A stretch of 64,000 nucleotides of DNA from a virus. Lineage: Duplodnaviria; Heunggongvirae; Uroviricota; Caudoviricetes. Of the stretch, positions 52,214 to 63,034 are shown piece by piece. Numbering within the stretch: the stretch's first letter is position 1; every line of letters starts with the position of its first letter. Below the pieces are notes generated by a model. The model had not been told where the DNA came from. It was given only the letters and a program-made list of their open reading frames with translations, and did not search any database. The stretch lies in the IMG/VR virus record IMGVR_UViG_3300031555_005217, positions 71,047-135,046 of that record. One strand, written 5' to 3'. The translations under genes and the position numbers were made by a program.

Positions 52214-52574
52214 TAACCTCCCATATTAACTTATAAGTAAAATGATTTATCTTCTTATAAATAGCGATGATATTATTATCACTAATTAACTTATCTAATT
52301 CAAGAGAATACCAATTACCTACATGTAATTTACCATCTGTATAAGGTTTAGTGATAGGATGAATAATTCCAGTAGTTTTCATTTTAACTAAATCTCCCTC
52401 TTCAATAAAATCAAAGATATTTTCTGCAGCTTTAATTAAACCAAAATGAATTTTTAAATAATTCTCAATAGGATCTTGGTAATCTTCATCTCCTGCTTTT
52501 TGATTAGCAAGATAATTAGTTACAACAACACTATCATCAGTTAATATCTCCCCACCATTTAATAAATAATACAT
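52194..52574 (-). CDS. hypothetical protein
   Basis: Intact ORF. Confidence 0.4.
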   Translation of the reverse strand: MYYLLNGGEILTDDSVVVTNYLANQKAGDEDYQDPIENYLKIHFGLIKAAENIFDFIEEGDLVKMKTTGIIHPITKPYTDGKLHVGNWYSLELDKLISDNNIIAIYKKINHFTYKLIWEVSDGKEN

Positions 52575-52623
52575 AAAATCACCTCATTCTTATTATATTA
52601 TACAAAATAAAAATCACAAAATA

Positions 52624-53034
52624 TTATGATTCTTGTGATTTTTTGTTACAAATATAATTATAAAATAAGTCTTTTTCTCTACCATATAAAGCTAATTTAG
52701 AAAATATTTCTAATTTTAAAATAGAGAATATACCATTAGAATAACACTCTTTTACATTTCCAAAACTAACGAACTTTTGAATTAACTCAGTTACTTCCTT
52801 CATTTCATTATAATTAACAAGTTTTAATTCTAATTCTTTATTTTCTTTATATACCGACTCAACTATTTTACGTTGATTTTCAATAGTCTTCTCAAGATCT
52901 TCAATTTGCTTACTCATTTGAATAAACATATCTTGTCCACCAGGAAATTTGAAATCAAATTTTTCTGTTAGGAATTGAAAAAATTCTCTGTTAATCATAT
53001 CAATTTTATTACTCATAAGGCACTTCCTCTTCAA
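52624..53034 (-). CDS. hypothetical protein
   Basis: Intact ORF. Confidence 0.4.
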   Translation of the reverse strand: MKRKCLMSNKIDMINREFFQFLTEKFDFKFPGGQDMFIQMSKQIEDLEKTIENQRKIVESVYKENKELELKLVNYNEMKEVTELIQKFVSFGNVKECYSNGIFSILKLEIFSKLALYGREKDLFYNYICNKKSQES

Positions 53035-53434
53035 ATTGCTTTTCTAGTTCTCTAGCTTGTTTATATCTATAAATAAATCTATGATTTTTATCAACAAATA
53101 AAAGCTGAAGTAATAATATAAAAGGTAATAAAATAATAAAAATTAACTGACCTAATAATAAAATTAATGTTGGTATTATTGGCAAGAACCAACTAAATAG
53201 CGAAACAAATATACTTGATAAAATCTTACCTAACTTATTTATACCGTTATCTGATTTCATTATCTTATATACTACATTTTTAGGAAATAAATACATCTCT
53301 CTAATAATATCAAAAACAACAAATATACCACACTCTATAACCATATCATAGATAAACCAGTTAAAGAAAAATAAACCTCCAACTCCAAGAACACCACAAA
53401 AACAAATTGCTAAAATTAATTCAAATAATTCCAA
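53009..53434 (-). CDS. membrane protein
   Basis: Several TM segments. Confidence 0.4.
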   Translation of the reverse strand: MELFELILAICFCGVLGVGGLFFFNWFIYDMVIECGIFVVFDIIREMYLFPKNVVYKIMKSDNGINKLGKILSSIFVSLFSWFLPIIPTLILLLGQLIFIILLPFILLLQLLFVDKNHRFIYRYKQARELEKQFEEEVPYE

Positions 53435-54013
53435 TTAAATCATCTCCTTAAATATATCTAAATTTGAGCCATCAAATTCCTTATATAATCGTTTTATTTC
53501 TTTCTTGTTAATATTATACCATTTGAAAAAATCAAATTGATTATCGAAGGAACTAAGCATTGATAATAAATATTCAAATAAGACTTGGGTAGCAGGATTC
53601 ACTATTCTATGTGGACCTTTATGTAAATTATAGTAATCCTCAACACTACAAGTTTTCCAATTTTTATTATATGTTTGTCCTGCTCCTGCCATATCACAAA
53701 GCATTTCTATTACATATTTATAAGGCATCTTAACTGCAAGTTTATCCTCTAAACTATCGATCCAATATTCCCAGTGATGTTTGTTTCTATTTCTATGATG
53801 ATACCAAGAAGTGCTGTAACCAAATTGTCTTCTCATATTTTCATGAGGAGATCTATCTCCACTATAATATTTACATTGACTTAATTCTTTGATGGAATAT
53901 TTAGATAAATCATGTAATAGACCTCTTAATGGAATTCCCATTTTAAAACACCATTTTCTAACAGCTCTTCTATGTTTATTTACTGTTTTTATATGTTTAA
54001 ATAAATTACCCAT
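53435..54013 (-). CDS. HD-domain phosphohydrolase-like protein
   Basis: LLHDLSKYS together with multiple His clusters. Confidence 0.4.
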   Translation of the reverse strand: MGNLFKHIKTVNKHRRAVRKWCFKMGIPLRGLLHDLSKYSIKELSQCKYYSGDRSPHENMRRQFGYSTSWYHHRNRNKHHWEYWIDSLEDKLAVKMPYKYVIEMLCDMAGAGQTYNKNWKTCSVEDYYNLHKGPHRIVNPATQVLFEYLLSMLSSFDNQFDFFKWYNINKKEIKRLYKEFDGSNLDIFKEMI

Positions 54014-54026
54014 AATAAATATCTCC

Positions 54027-54410
54027 TTAAAACTCTATATCTTCAAATTGAAGTATTTGCCAACCATTTAACTCATACCAACTTTTGCTACTATATCCAA
54101 TACCAATGCAGGTTTGATCCTTATAAACATCCCAGTATTTTGTCCAATAATGTTTCCAATATGGATATGATTCTCTAATATATCTTATAGGATCATCTCT
54201 AAAAGTTGTATTAGCAACATGTTCCATCATTGCTAAAGTTAACTCCTTTGCTTGCGCTCTAGTTTTACATTGTACAACAAATTTCTCTTTTTCAGAGTTA
54301 TTTCTAAAATAAGATAAAGGAATTTTACTTTGTGTAATTCCTTTTAACATAGTAACATGTTCTTGTAATATATCAATTAAATTATTTAATATATCAATAT
54401 AGTTATTCAT
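54027..54410 (-). CDS. hypothetical protein
   Basis: Trimmed to MNNYIDIL. Confidence 0.35.
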   Translation of the reverse strand: MNNYIDILNNLIDILQEHVTMLKGITQSKIPLSYFRNNSEKEKFVVQCKTRAQAKELTLAMMEHVANTTFRDDPIRYIRESYPYWKHYWTKYWDVYKDQTCIGIGYSSKSWYELNGWQILQFEDIEF

Positions 54411-54618
54411 CTGCTTCCTCCCAAGAAACATAATAAATAGTTTCTTCTTCATCAACTGGCTTTAATTCATACCATCTATCATAACATAAGTCATATTTAA
54501 CGTAATCCTTTAATGCTTCTCTACTTAAAAATCCTTTTGTTACAGGAATATGTTTATAAGGCATTTTCCAAATTAAAGTAAATAAATTATCCATATCTAA
54601 TAAATTTGAATCTTGCAT
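54403..54618 (-). CDS. hypothetical small protein
   Basis: Trimmed to MQDSNLL, which has SD gatggaggt. Promoter motif at 54646-54655. Confidence 0.35.
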   Translation of the reverse strand: MQDSNLLDMDNLFTLIWKMPYKHIPVTKGFLSREALKDYVKYDLCYDRWYELKPVDEEETIYYVSWEEADE

Positions 54619-54704
54619 ACAACTACCTCCATCAGTATTTAATATATAATACAATTGAAGTAAAAGAAAAACCTATCTTTTTGATAGGTTTATTAATCTA
54701 TACT

Positions 54705-55534
54705 AATATCTTTGATTTAATATAATTTAAAATTTCAATATCTTTTGGTTCTAATTTAGTATTTTTATGGTTTTCAATTAAATTATGAATACGTCTAATT
54801 AAAATACTTCTTTCAATATCTTCAGTCATTTCATAAAAGTTTTCATCTTGTCAACCTTCTTCATATGGAACGAAACCTATAAATCTTACTTGTCCATTAT
54901 AATCACAAGCTTCAAAAACTTCATTATATTCAAAATAATCATTTTCATCGCTATAATCTAAAACAAATCAACCAATATGTTTATAATCCTTATATTTAGG
55001 ATCTAATTCAGCTCTCTGATAATTATATTGATTATACTTATGGTTTTCTAAAAATTTATCTTCAGGAACTTCTTTATAATAATCAAATATATACTTTGGA
55101 ATACTATTTATACTTAATGATTCTTTTAATGATTCTACTTTAGTATTTTTATAAATAAGATCTCCATCAAGTTTTACATATTCAATTGATCTATTATTAT
55201 CATTATGTTGAATAAGTAATTCAACTAATGCTAAGGTTTCTTCTGTATCTGATTCATCAAATTTAACTATAAAAGATCTAGATTTAATATCTTCCTCATT
55301 TTCATCTACGAAAAACATTTCTCCAGTTTCTTCATTACATACATAAATAGAATCTCCTAAACCACGAGCAACTAAAGTTTCAGATAACTCACATAACATA
55401 GGCAATATTTCACTAAATGTATGTGGTTTAGTTTTGAATTCAGATAACCAAGGTGAATGATGTCATTCAAATTCATCTCTAAAAGATAAAAGATCTCTAT
55501 CAATAAAATCTCTTTCAAATACAATAGTAAACAT
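54705..55534 (-). CDS. hypothetical acidic protein (TGA-containing)
   Basis: Hand translation MFTIVFERDFIDRDLLSFRDEFE-[TGA]-HHSPWLSEF...PMLCELSE.... Spans track ORF 54968..55405 plus TGA-joined extensions. Confidence 0.4.
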
Positions 55535-55644
55535 TTTCTTTTTGGTTGTATCAAATTCTTCAATTAATTTTCTTTTTTGGTTATTTAAGCCCTTGAAAGC
55601 TTCTAAGTATTACTCATTTTTAATTTCTCTCCTCTTTATTTAAA

Positions 55645-56388
55645 TGATTTTAAAGCTATTTTATATTCTTTATAAATTCCATCATCTTTAATTCATACAT
55701 TACAGTTAGCTTTATCACCTGTAACATATCCTTCTAAATGACCTTCATCATTAATTTTAAGGTTATCAAAATTAAGATTTGCTCCTGCTCTTCGTCTAAT
55801 TCCTTCTAAGGTTTCTTTATATATATGATTTAAATAGGCATTCAATCTATTTTCATAATCTTCATCTGAAATTGAGTCATATTTTATACTATATGCAGCA
55901 GTATGTTTAATTTCAGATATTTGAGCTAAAATTAAATCTAAGTCCTCTCTATCTGATATTTCTGATACTATATTATGTAATTCTTGACATTCCTCAATTA
56001 ATTCTTTACCTAAAACTTTAAGATCTTGTTTTCATAAATCAAAGAACTCATTTAAAACTTGATAAGGATCTGAATTAGAAATTATATACTTATTATATAA
56101 ATTATTTAAGGATTTAGCAGTATTTATTTTATCATTAATATCAGTTACTAATTTATTCTTTTCTTCTTTATAATCTTCATATAGTTGTTCAGCTAAGTCA
56201 AAAATTAATGTTTTTAAATCAGTTAAGGAAGTTATAGAAGAATAATCTCCTTCTTTTTTCTTCATTTCATTAATAAAAGAACTTTCAGAAATAGTAGATA
56301 AAATTTCATTTTTCTTACTTTCTAACTTACTTATTTTTTTAAGTTGAGCTTCTATTCTATTTTGAAATTTAGTTTTATCTATTCTCAT
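55645..56388 (-). CDS. hypothetical coiled-coil protein (TGA-containing)
   Basis: Track ORF 56032..56388 (SD aaggag) extended downstream through two TGA codons. Confidence 0.4.
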
Positions 56389-56538
56389 TTTAAACTCCTT
56401 TCAATTAATAATTTATCAAATAATTTAGCATTAAAAAATAAGGTATTTAAAATACCTTATTTTTAGTTTATTTATTTAATTGGATTTACTAATACTCTGT
56501 AATGGAATCGTTAATTCGATGATATATTAATATTCATA

Positions 56539-57374
56539 CTATTTTATCATTCCTTTCATTCAACCTAAAGATAAGTATAATTCTAATTCTTCCTTATAAA
56601 TACATTTATTTACAATTTCATTATTTATTCAAATTTTACCTTTATTATGAGCTTTCCTGCCTTTATGTCCCTTACTAATATTTTTACATGCTGAAGATGA
56701 AAATTTCTTTCTACCTAGTCTTCAACCATTATTTAAATAATCATCTAAGTGCTCTTTGTTAACTCTAATAGAAGTTATATCATTAGTTATATAAACCATA
56801 CCTCTAAATGGCTTTGATTTACCTTTATTTGCATCAGAGATTTTTTTCTTGGACTCTTCAGAAAGATGTTTACCACGCATTCCATAATTAGGATTATTAG
56901 CAGCATTTTCAGATAATTTTTTCTTAGTATCCTCAGATATTATTTTACCTTTATTACCTAAACCAATTTTTAATTTAGTCTCTTGTGAATGATGTTTTCC
57001 TAACATAAATCTAGCATTATTTTGTGACATGATTCTTCTACTCTCTTCTGAATGATGTTTTCCATAAAAACCATTATTTTCTCCTCTTAATGTTCGGTTA
57101 ACATTGCCGCCTTCAGATAAATTATAACCAATATTTTTATTAGTTGAATTATAATATGCTATTCAATATATTTCACGTACATCCATTAATTTCTCTTCAT
57201 CAATTTCTTCAACTAATTCAACAATAAATTTATCTTTTCCATATTTATTAATTGCTTCTCAAAGACGTTTGCCAGAACCTAAATAATTAATACCTAAAAA
57301 TTTTTCTGATTTCTTTTGTCCAATGTAAATTTTACCATTAATTAAATTCGTAGTTTTATAAATATATCCATACA
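56539..57374 (-). CDS. GIY-YIG homing endonuclease with NUMOD3 repeats
   Basis: Hand translation MYGYIYKTTNLINGKIYIGQ (GIY...YIG), GKRL-[TGA]-EAINKYG, NUMOD3 GKHHSEESRRIMS / GKHHSQETKLKIG / GKHLSEESKKKIS, C-terminal NNG-[TGA]-RLGRK and LSLG-[TGA]-MKG. Five in-frame TGA. Only the 56722..57030 segment appears in the track. Confidence 0.7.
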
Positions 57375-57431
57375 TACTAAATCAACCTTCTTTCAATTAA
57401 TTTAGCACTCTAAAGTGGAACTTTTGAATAT

Positions 57432-58430
57432 TTATTTTATAGCAGTAACTAAAACTCTAAAATGGAATTTTTGACCATGTTTTGAATTAACAACTATATT
57501 TTGGTTGTAACCTCCTGCTGAGATTGTTTCAACTCTTGCCTTACCTGATTCACCTATAATATAACCATTTAATTCACCGTTTTGGTTACCAATTTTTAAA
57601 TTAGATACATCAGTTATATTACCTGTAATTTGAGTAACTCTATTAACTAAATCTTCATATTTACGTTTCTTTTCCTCTGTAATTATTTTCTTTAATTGTT
57701 CAGTATCGAAACTATAAGAGGTATAAACATATGTTTGATTAGGATATTGTCCTTGGTAATTTCCTATTATTCTTGTAAGATTTTTAGTAAGACTATCTAT
57801 TTGAGAATAATATGATTTTTCAAAATCTTCTTCAAAGTATCTTCTTTGTCTTTCCCACATTCTATGGCTTGATACATCTGATCTATCTGGTTCAGGATTA
57901 TTATTTGTCCATTGAATCTTTGCTTCATAATATGCTTCTTTATAATTAGATTTTAATTCATAATATAATTCTGCATTTTTAGTGTACCAGTTATAAGTTT
58001 TATTTTCCCATTCAGTTAAAAATTCCCATAAAACAGTAATTTTTTCGGCATTATCAAAATTATCAATTTTTTCTAATTCAATTTGATACTTAGCTAAAGT
58101 GTTTCTAGCTTCACCTAGATCAATATAAGCTGATTTTAATTCTTGAATATTAGGACCTTTATTCCAATCATCTGAAGTTGGTATATCTTTTTCATTTTGG
58201 TTAATATAATCTCTGTAAGCAACTTGAGCTCTTTGATATTCATTTGTTCCATGATATTCATTCCATCTAACACCTCTAGGAGCTGATCCCTAAACACAAT
58301 TACCAAAAGGTTCACATACAGCTATATCCTCAGGTCTTAATCCTTTACTCCATTTAGTAATTCTTTTATTTATTTTTTCAATATCTTTTTCTTTCTTTTC
58401 GATTCGTCTTAATAATTCATTCTTATCCAT
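57432..58430 (-). CDS. hypothetical protein interrupted by an in-frame TAG (possible pseudogene, readthrough or two-part gene)
   Basis: MFMDKNELLRRIEKKEK...EPFGNCV-[TAG at 58290-58292]-GSAPRGVRWNEYHG... then several TGA, then ...MWERQRRYFEE.... The 3' segment has no start codon of its own. Confidence 0.3.
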
Positions 58431-58529
58431 AAACATTACCTTCTTTACATTTATTATTATATATTAAATATACATTTTTTACAAATCCATATAAAATAAA
58501 AAAGAGGTTTAAAGTATCCTCTTTTTATT

Positions 58530-59964
58530 TTAATCTAATTCACCTTTAAATTCTTTATTAAGTAAATCAGATTCAATTTGTAAGATTAAATTACCATATT
58601 GAGGTAAAGAGTATTCTTCAAAGTGGAAATGATCTACATCAAAATTACTTTTATAAATTAATTTTGTTCCTTTACGTAAAGTAAGAATATTTTTCTCTTT
58701 TGAATATAATCCATATTCTATAAATTTATCTTCATCTGTCTCTGGGATAATCGAAGCTTCAAAAGCATTATCAATTGTTATTTTCTTTGAAAGAGTATAA
58801 CATTTTTCATTAGATTCATTTAAGTTTTCATTTTCATGATCTTCATCTCATTCACCATAACAGTCAGGACATAACCACTTCTCATCCTTATCATCTTGAT
58901 CTACAATATAACCATCATTCCTATCAAATACTTCACCACACTTGGCGCAAGTGAAAAAATAATACTCTCAACAGTCAGGACAATAATATTCATCATTATC
59001 ATAACAGTAATTAGCTTCTTCCTTACCTATAACTTTATTACACCCAGAGCAATTAGTGTATAAATCTTCCCAACAATCATCACAATACAATTGACCATCT
59101 GGACCTTCTTTAGCATTTTCTTTTCAACCTTCTTCACCGCACTCTTCACATTCAAAGAATAAGCGATCTCAACAATCATCGCAATAGTGACCACCTGTAA
59201 GACCATCCCTTAGATCGTCAAAATATTCTCCACAACCATCACAAATTTGATCTTTAGAATCATAATCTTCTTCAATATCATCAGAAGGTGTATAATTAGG
59301 AAAATATTTGTTAGTTAATGCTTCATCATATTCCATAATATCTTCAACAAATTCATCTTCATATAATTTATATATTTCATTATTATCTTCTAAAATACAA
59401 ATAATGAATTGTTCTCCACCTGAAATATCAAATTTTGCTTGAATATATTCCCAAACAGAGAAATCAGGATTATTTAATTTATCTTGATCAAAATAATCTT
59501 CTAAGTCATATCCCCAAATATATTCAAATAATTCTTCTCTTAAAGCTGTTTCAAAGTCTGGACCATCTGCAGATACCTCATAATAACCATCATCCTCAGT
59601 TCCTCTGCTTGCTGCTCCATTACCATCACAAACTAATACATCATATCTATGTTCTTGAGAAGTTGGTCTATTAAAACTTGAATTTTCATCAGGAATATAT
59701 TCTTGTCTTGCAACATTTAAATAATCATGTCTTTTAGCAGTTCTTCTTCCCATATATTTATAAGAAGTTATAAAAGGAGCTTTTCCATTTACTTCTTTAT
59801 ATCCTCTTGTATCATTTCCTTTATAACTATATGTTCCATCTTTGTCTGAGAATGAAATTGTAATATTACCTTCTTCATCTGATTCTTCAGTGAAATCTTT
59901 TACTTCATCAAACATTATATATTCTTTGCCATATAAATATCCTACTAAATATTTCTTTTCCATA
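58530..59964 (-). CDS. zinc-ribbon repeat protein (multiple YCxDCW motifs)
   Basis: Track ORF 59169..60020 trimmed to MEKKYLVGY (SD aaggaagg) and extended downstream through TGA codons. Repeats HYCDDC-[TGA], LYCDDCW, YYCPDCW, WLCPDCYGEW. Confidence 0.45.
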
Positions 59965-60049
59965 TAATTTAATATCCTTCCTTTTATTTTATTTATAATA
60001 TAATTTAAAATAAATTTCAATACCTTATATCACTTAAATTTAGCTGTAA

Positions 60050-60230
60050 ATACAAGAAACTAATTCTGAATATTCTTCTAAACACTTTTCACAAGTATCC
60101 ATTAAAGTATTTTTTGTTTTAAATTTCTTTCCACAACACACACAAATATTAGTATATCAAATTTCAGTCTTTTTTATATCTTTAATAGTCTCTTCTTGCG
60201 GCAAAATAGCTTCATTAATCATATTTAAAT
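60050..60230 (-). CDS. small zinc-ribbon protein
   Basis: CVCCGKKF...CEKC with one in-frame TGA. Confidence 0.3.
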
Positions 60231-60283
60231 AATCTCCTTATAATTTATATATTATACATTAAAAATATTGAATTTAAAGCAAA

Positions 60284-60312
60284 TTAAAAACCAGTACTTG
60301 TTAACGTACTGG
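60284..60312 (-). terminator. rho-independent terminator (stem CCAGTAC/GTACTGG then T-run on minus strand)
   Basis: aaaaaccagtacttgttaacgtactgg. Confidence 0.5.
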
Positions 60313-60710
60313 TAATTAGGAGGTGGTTTGTGAGGTTTTTATGACTTCGGATTCATGCCTTGAAGTACTTATCTTCTCACATTATATTATACAATTTTCT
60401 TTTTCAGAATAAATTGTGATAATTGAAAAAAAAGGAGAAAGGTTAGCTCTTATTTCATCTTCCCTATATCGAGCCGACTTATTTTTCAGGGATTAAGTCG
60501 TGAAAAATCGTTTTCATTACTTTCTAAAGACCATGACTAGTAATCTCACTATAATTATACAATAAATTTTTTCTAAAAATAAAGATAGTTCCTTAACTTA
60601 ATATAAATTCAACCATTCCCTGCCTCTAATTTATATTAAGTATCTGGAGCTATCCGGAGCTATTAGGTGTCAATGACCGATATAATATACAATTAAATTT
60701 TGTAAATTAT

Positions 60711-61058
60711 TTATCCTATAGATAAACCACAAATATTTTCTAATCCTTCAGGTCTATCACATTTTTTAAATTCACCTTTATCCCATTTAAAGAAAACAGG
60801 TTCGAAATCATATTGATATAATCCTTCAGGTATATTTTCAATTACGGCATATTGGTAATATCCTTCTTCATACAAATCTCCATAATTTCCAGTTACTATT
60901 TCTTCTGCTTCTTCATATGAATTAAAATAACCAACACATCTACTCTCTTTAATATAAGTTTCTTTTAATATATCAGATTTTAAACCTTCTTTAATAAGTT
61001 CATTCCATTTAGGATCATCTGATCTCTTACCTAATTGTAAAGTAGTTATAAAATACAT
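60711..61058 (-). CDS. hypothetical protein
   Basis: Intact ORF. Confidence 0.45.
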   Translation of the reverse strand: MYFITTLQLGKRSDDPKWNELIKEGLKSDILKETYIKESRCVGYFNSYEEAEEIVTGNYGDLYEEGYYQYAVIENIPEGLYQYDFEPVFFKWDKGEFKKCDRPEGLENICGLSIG

Positions 61059-61116
61059 ATTATCAGCTCCTTCTATTATAATACATTTAAATAGAATATT
61101 AAATAATAATATTAAA

Positions 61117-62065
61117 TTTTCTTACTTATATAAATAGAAGCTTCTAAGATAAAGTTACCATCAACATCAAAACTAAGTTCTCTAGGTTCCCAAAAATTTC
61201 CTTTATCGTAATAGTAATTAGTAAAATAAGGAGTTTCAATAGCTTCTACCTCAGGTTCAGAATATAATATCATTCAAGGTAAATCTTCAATTCTATACCA
61301 ATCATTTTCTACTGATTCAAAATCATATTCTTCTATAATAAATTGAGAATCTACTATATGTTCTTCTATAAATTCATTTATTTGCTCATCTACATAATTA
61401 TCATTTACATAAGTTGAGTCTTTATCAAAATACTCGAAGTCTATATCATTTAAATCAATATCTTCTCCTCTATCATGCTTTAAAAATAATCTTAATTGAA
61501 TTTTTCCATCTTTATAATCTAAAGATTTAGGATCAGCTTTCCATTCTTCATCAGTACATTTATTAATTACTTTAATTACTTCTTCTATCTCAGGTTGAAG
61601 TTCTGAATAAGAGTTTTTTATTCTATCTCTAATAACTTCAGATCTCAGTAACTTAACCGATCTTGCATTCTTTTTATTTTTAATATTATTATATTCAGCT
61701 TCAAATTCTTTTTTAATAGTTTGTGATAAAGTCTTAAGTTCCTTTTGTGCTTGAAAAAGCTCTTTAGATGCTTGTGAAATTTGACCTTTTACTTTATTAT
61801 ATTTTTTAATATCAAAATAATCATTATCCTCACAACTATCATAAAGATATCCTATATGACTTTTTAAATTGTCAATTTTCTTTTTAAGTTCAATTTCTTG
61901 ATTTTTTGTTTTGGTACTAATTTTATTTGAATACTCCTTCGATAGAACTTTTATCTCATCTTGTAAACTTTTAACAGACTTATCTAATTCGTCTAACTTT
62001 TTAAAATCTATATCTTTTAAATCTTCATTTAAATTTAATTTTCTTAAAGCTTCTAAAATAGTCAT
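61117..62065 (-). CDS. hypothetical coiled-coil protein (TGA-containing C-terminal extension)
   Basis: Track ORF 61274..62065 continues past a TGA. Confidence 0.4.
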
Positions 62066-62106
62066 ATAAAAACCTCCTTAGTATAATTAAGCATATCCAT
62101 TTTCTT

Positions 62107-62722
62107 TAATTGCTTGTTTAATAAATTTAAATTTTTGAGTATCAGGTTTATTTAATATGTCTGATACTTTATGTCAAGGATATTTTCTAAACTCTTCAGG
62201 CATATCATTATCACTTGTACCTTCAAATTCAGCAGTATATATAAAAGTATAATAACCATTTCAACGGTCTTCTTCATTTGCTACATGTTTAGCAACCCAA
62301 GGTTTTTCACTATATTCCCAATAATTACAATCAGTAGGTTTAATATTAATAACCCTATAGTTAAATTCTTCATATACTTCACGCTCAATTGTTTTAGCAG
62401 GATCTAGACCATCTTTATTTAAGTCTACTCCACCTCCAGGTAAATAGAAAGCACTTCTTCATAAACGCATTAAAACTTCTTTACCATCTTCTCCATCTCT
62501 AAAAATTAAAGCTCAAGCAGCAACTCTTGTTAATACTCCATTGTATTCTAAACAAGCACTTTCTTCAAGTTCTCCTCTTATATCCATTACATCTGATTTT
62601 ATCATTCTAGCTTTGGATAAATCTAAAGGTTTACCTTTTTCAACATAACCATTTTTAAAATTTTCATTTATAATAAAAGGTTCTTTAAGCAATCTTAAAG
62701 CCTCTAAAATAGTATTTGACAT
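62107..62722 (-). CDS. NUDIX hydrolase
   Basis: Hand translation across four TGA codons gives the Nudix box LPGGGVDLNKDGLDPAKTIEREVYEEFN. Only the N-terminal 69 aa (62513..62722) is in the track. SD gagaaggt. Confidence 0.65.
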
Positions 62723-62763
62723 ATATTTATAACCTTCTCTCTTTTAAATATATTATATCATAT

Positions 62764-62794
62764 AATTTAGTCAAAAAATAAAAAAGGAATATTA
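62764..62794 (-). terminator. hairpin ggaatattatcaaatattcc plus T-run (minus strand)
   Basis: Seen directly in the sequence. Confidence 0.45.
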
Positions 62795-62940
62795 TCAAAT
62801 ATTCCTTCACACTAATATTCACAATCCCAGTTATGAAAGTGCACATACACCCTATAAATTATAGAATGTCATAAAAGGAATCGTGTAAAATAACAACCTT
62901 TAAAACCTTTTTTATTTTATTATCAAGATCCATAATTAAT

Positions 62941-63010
62941 TACGTGTGCTAACCGTTACACCACATGTCCTTCACAGGACTATGCTGGATTCGAACCAGA
63001 CCTCGGCACC
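62941..63010 (-). other. tRNA-like fragment cluster (T-arm-like CTGG-TTCGAAT-CCAG, GNRA hairpin GTCCTGTGAAGGAC, D-arm-like GTGT-AACGGTTA-GCAC) in non-canonical order
   Basis: The 18-nt gtgtaacggttagcacac is identical to the D-arm region of the tRNA(UCA) at 30111-30206. Confidence 0.35.
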
Positions 63011-63034
63011 GACCATTGCAAATTAGAATTTTCA

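Noticed and set aside
55372-55563. Track ORF 55372..55563
   Set aside because: It overlaps, in another frame, the better-supported TGA-containing gene 54705..55534.
1213-62407. Plus-strand track ORFs 1213..1533, 12189..12458, 20163..20510, 21255..21437, 26013..26204, 37295..37540, 38625..38879, 38950..39165, 53889..54071, 59435..59674, 62171..62407
   Set aside because: All lie antisense inside well-supported minus-strand genes, or over the ncRNA and tRNA, and are low-complexity. They are spurious.
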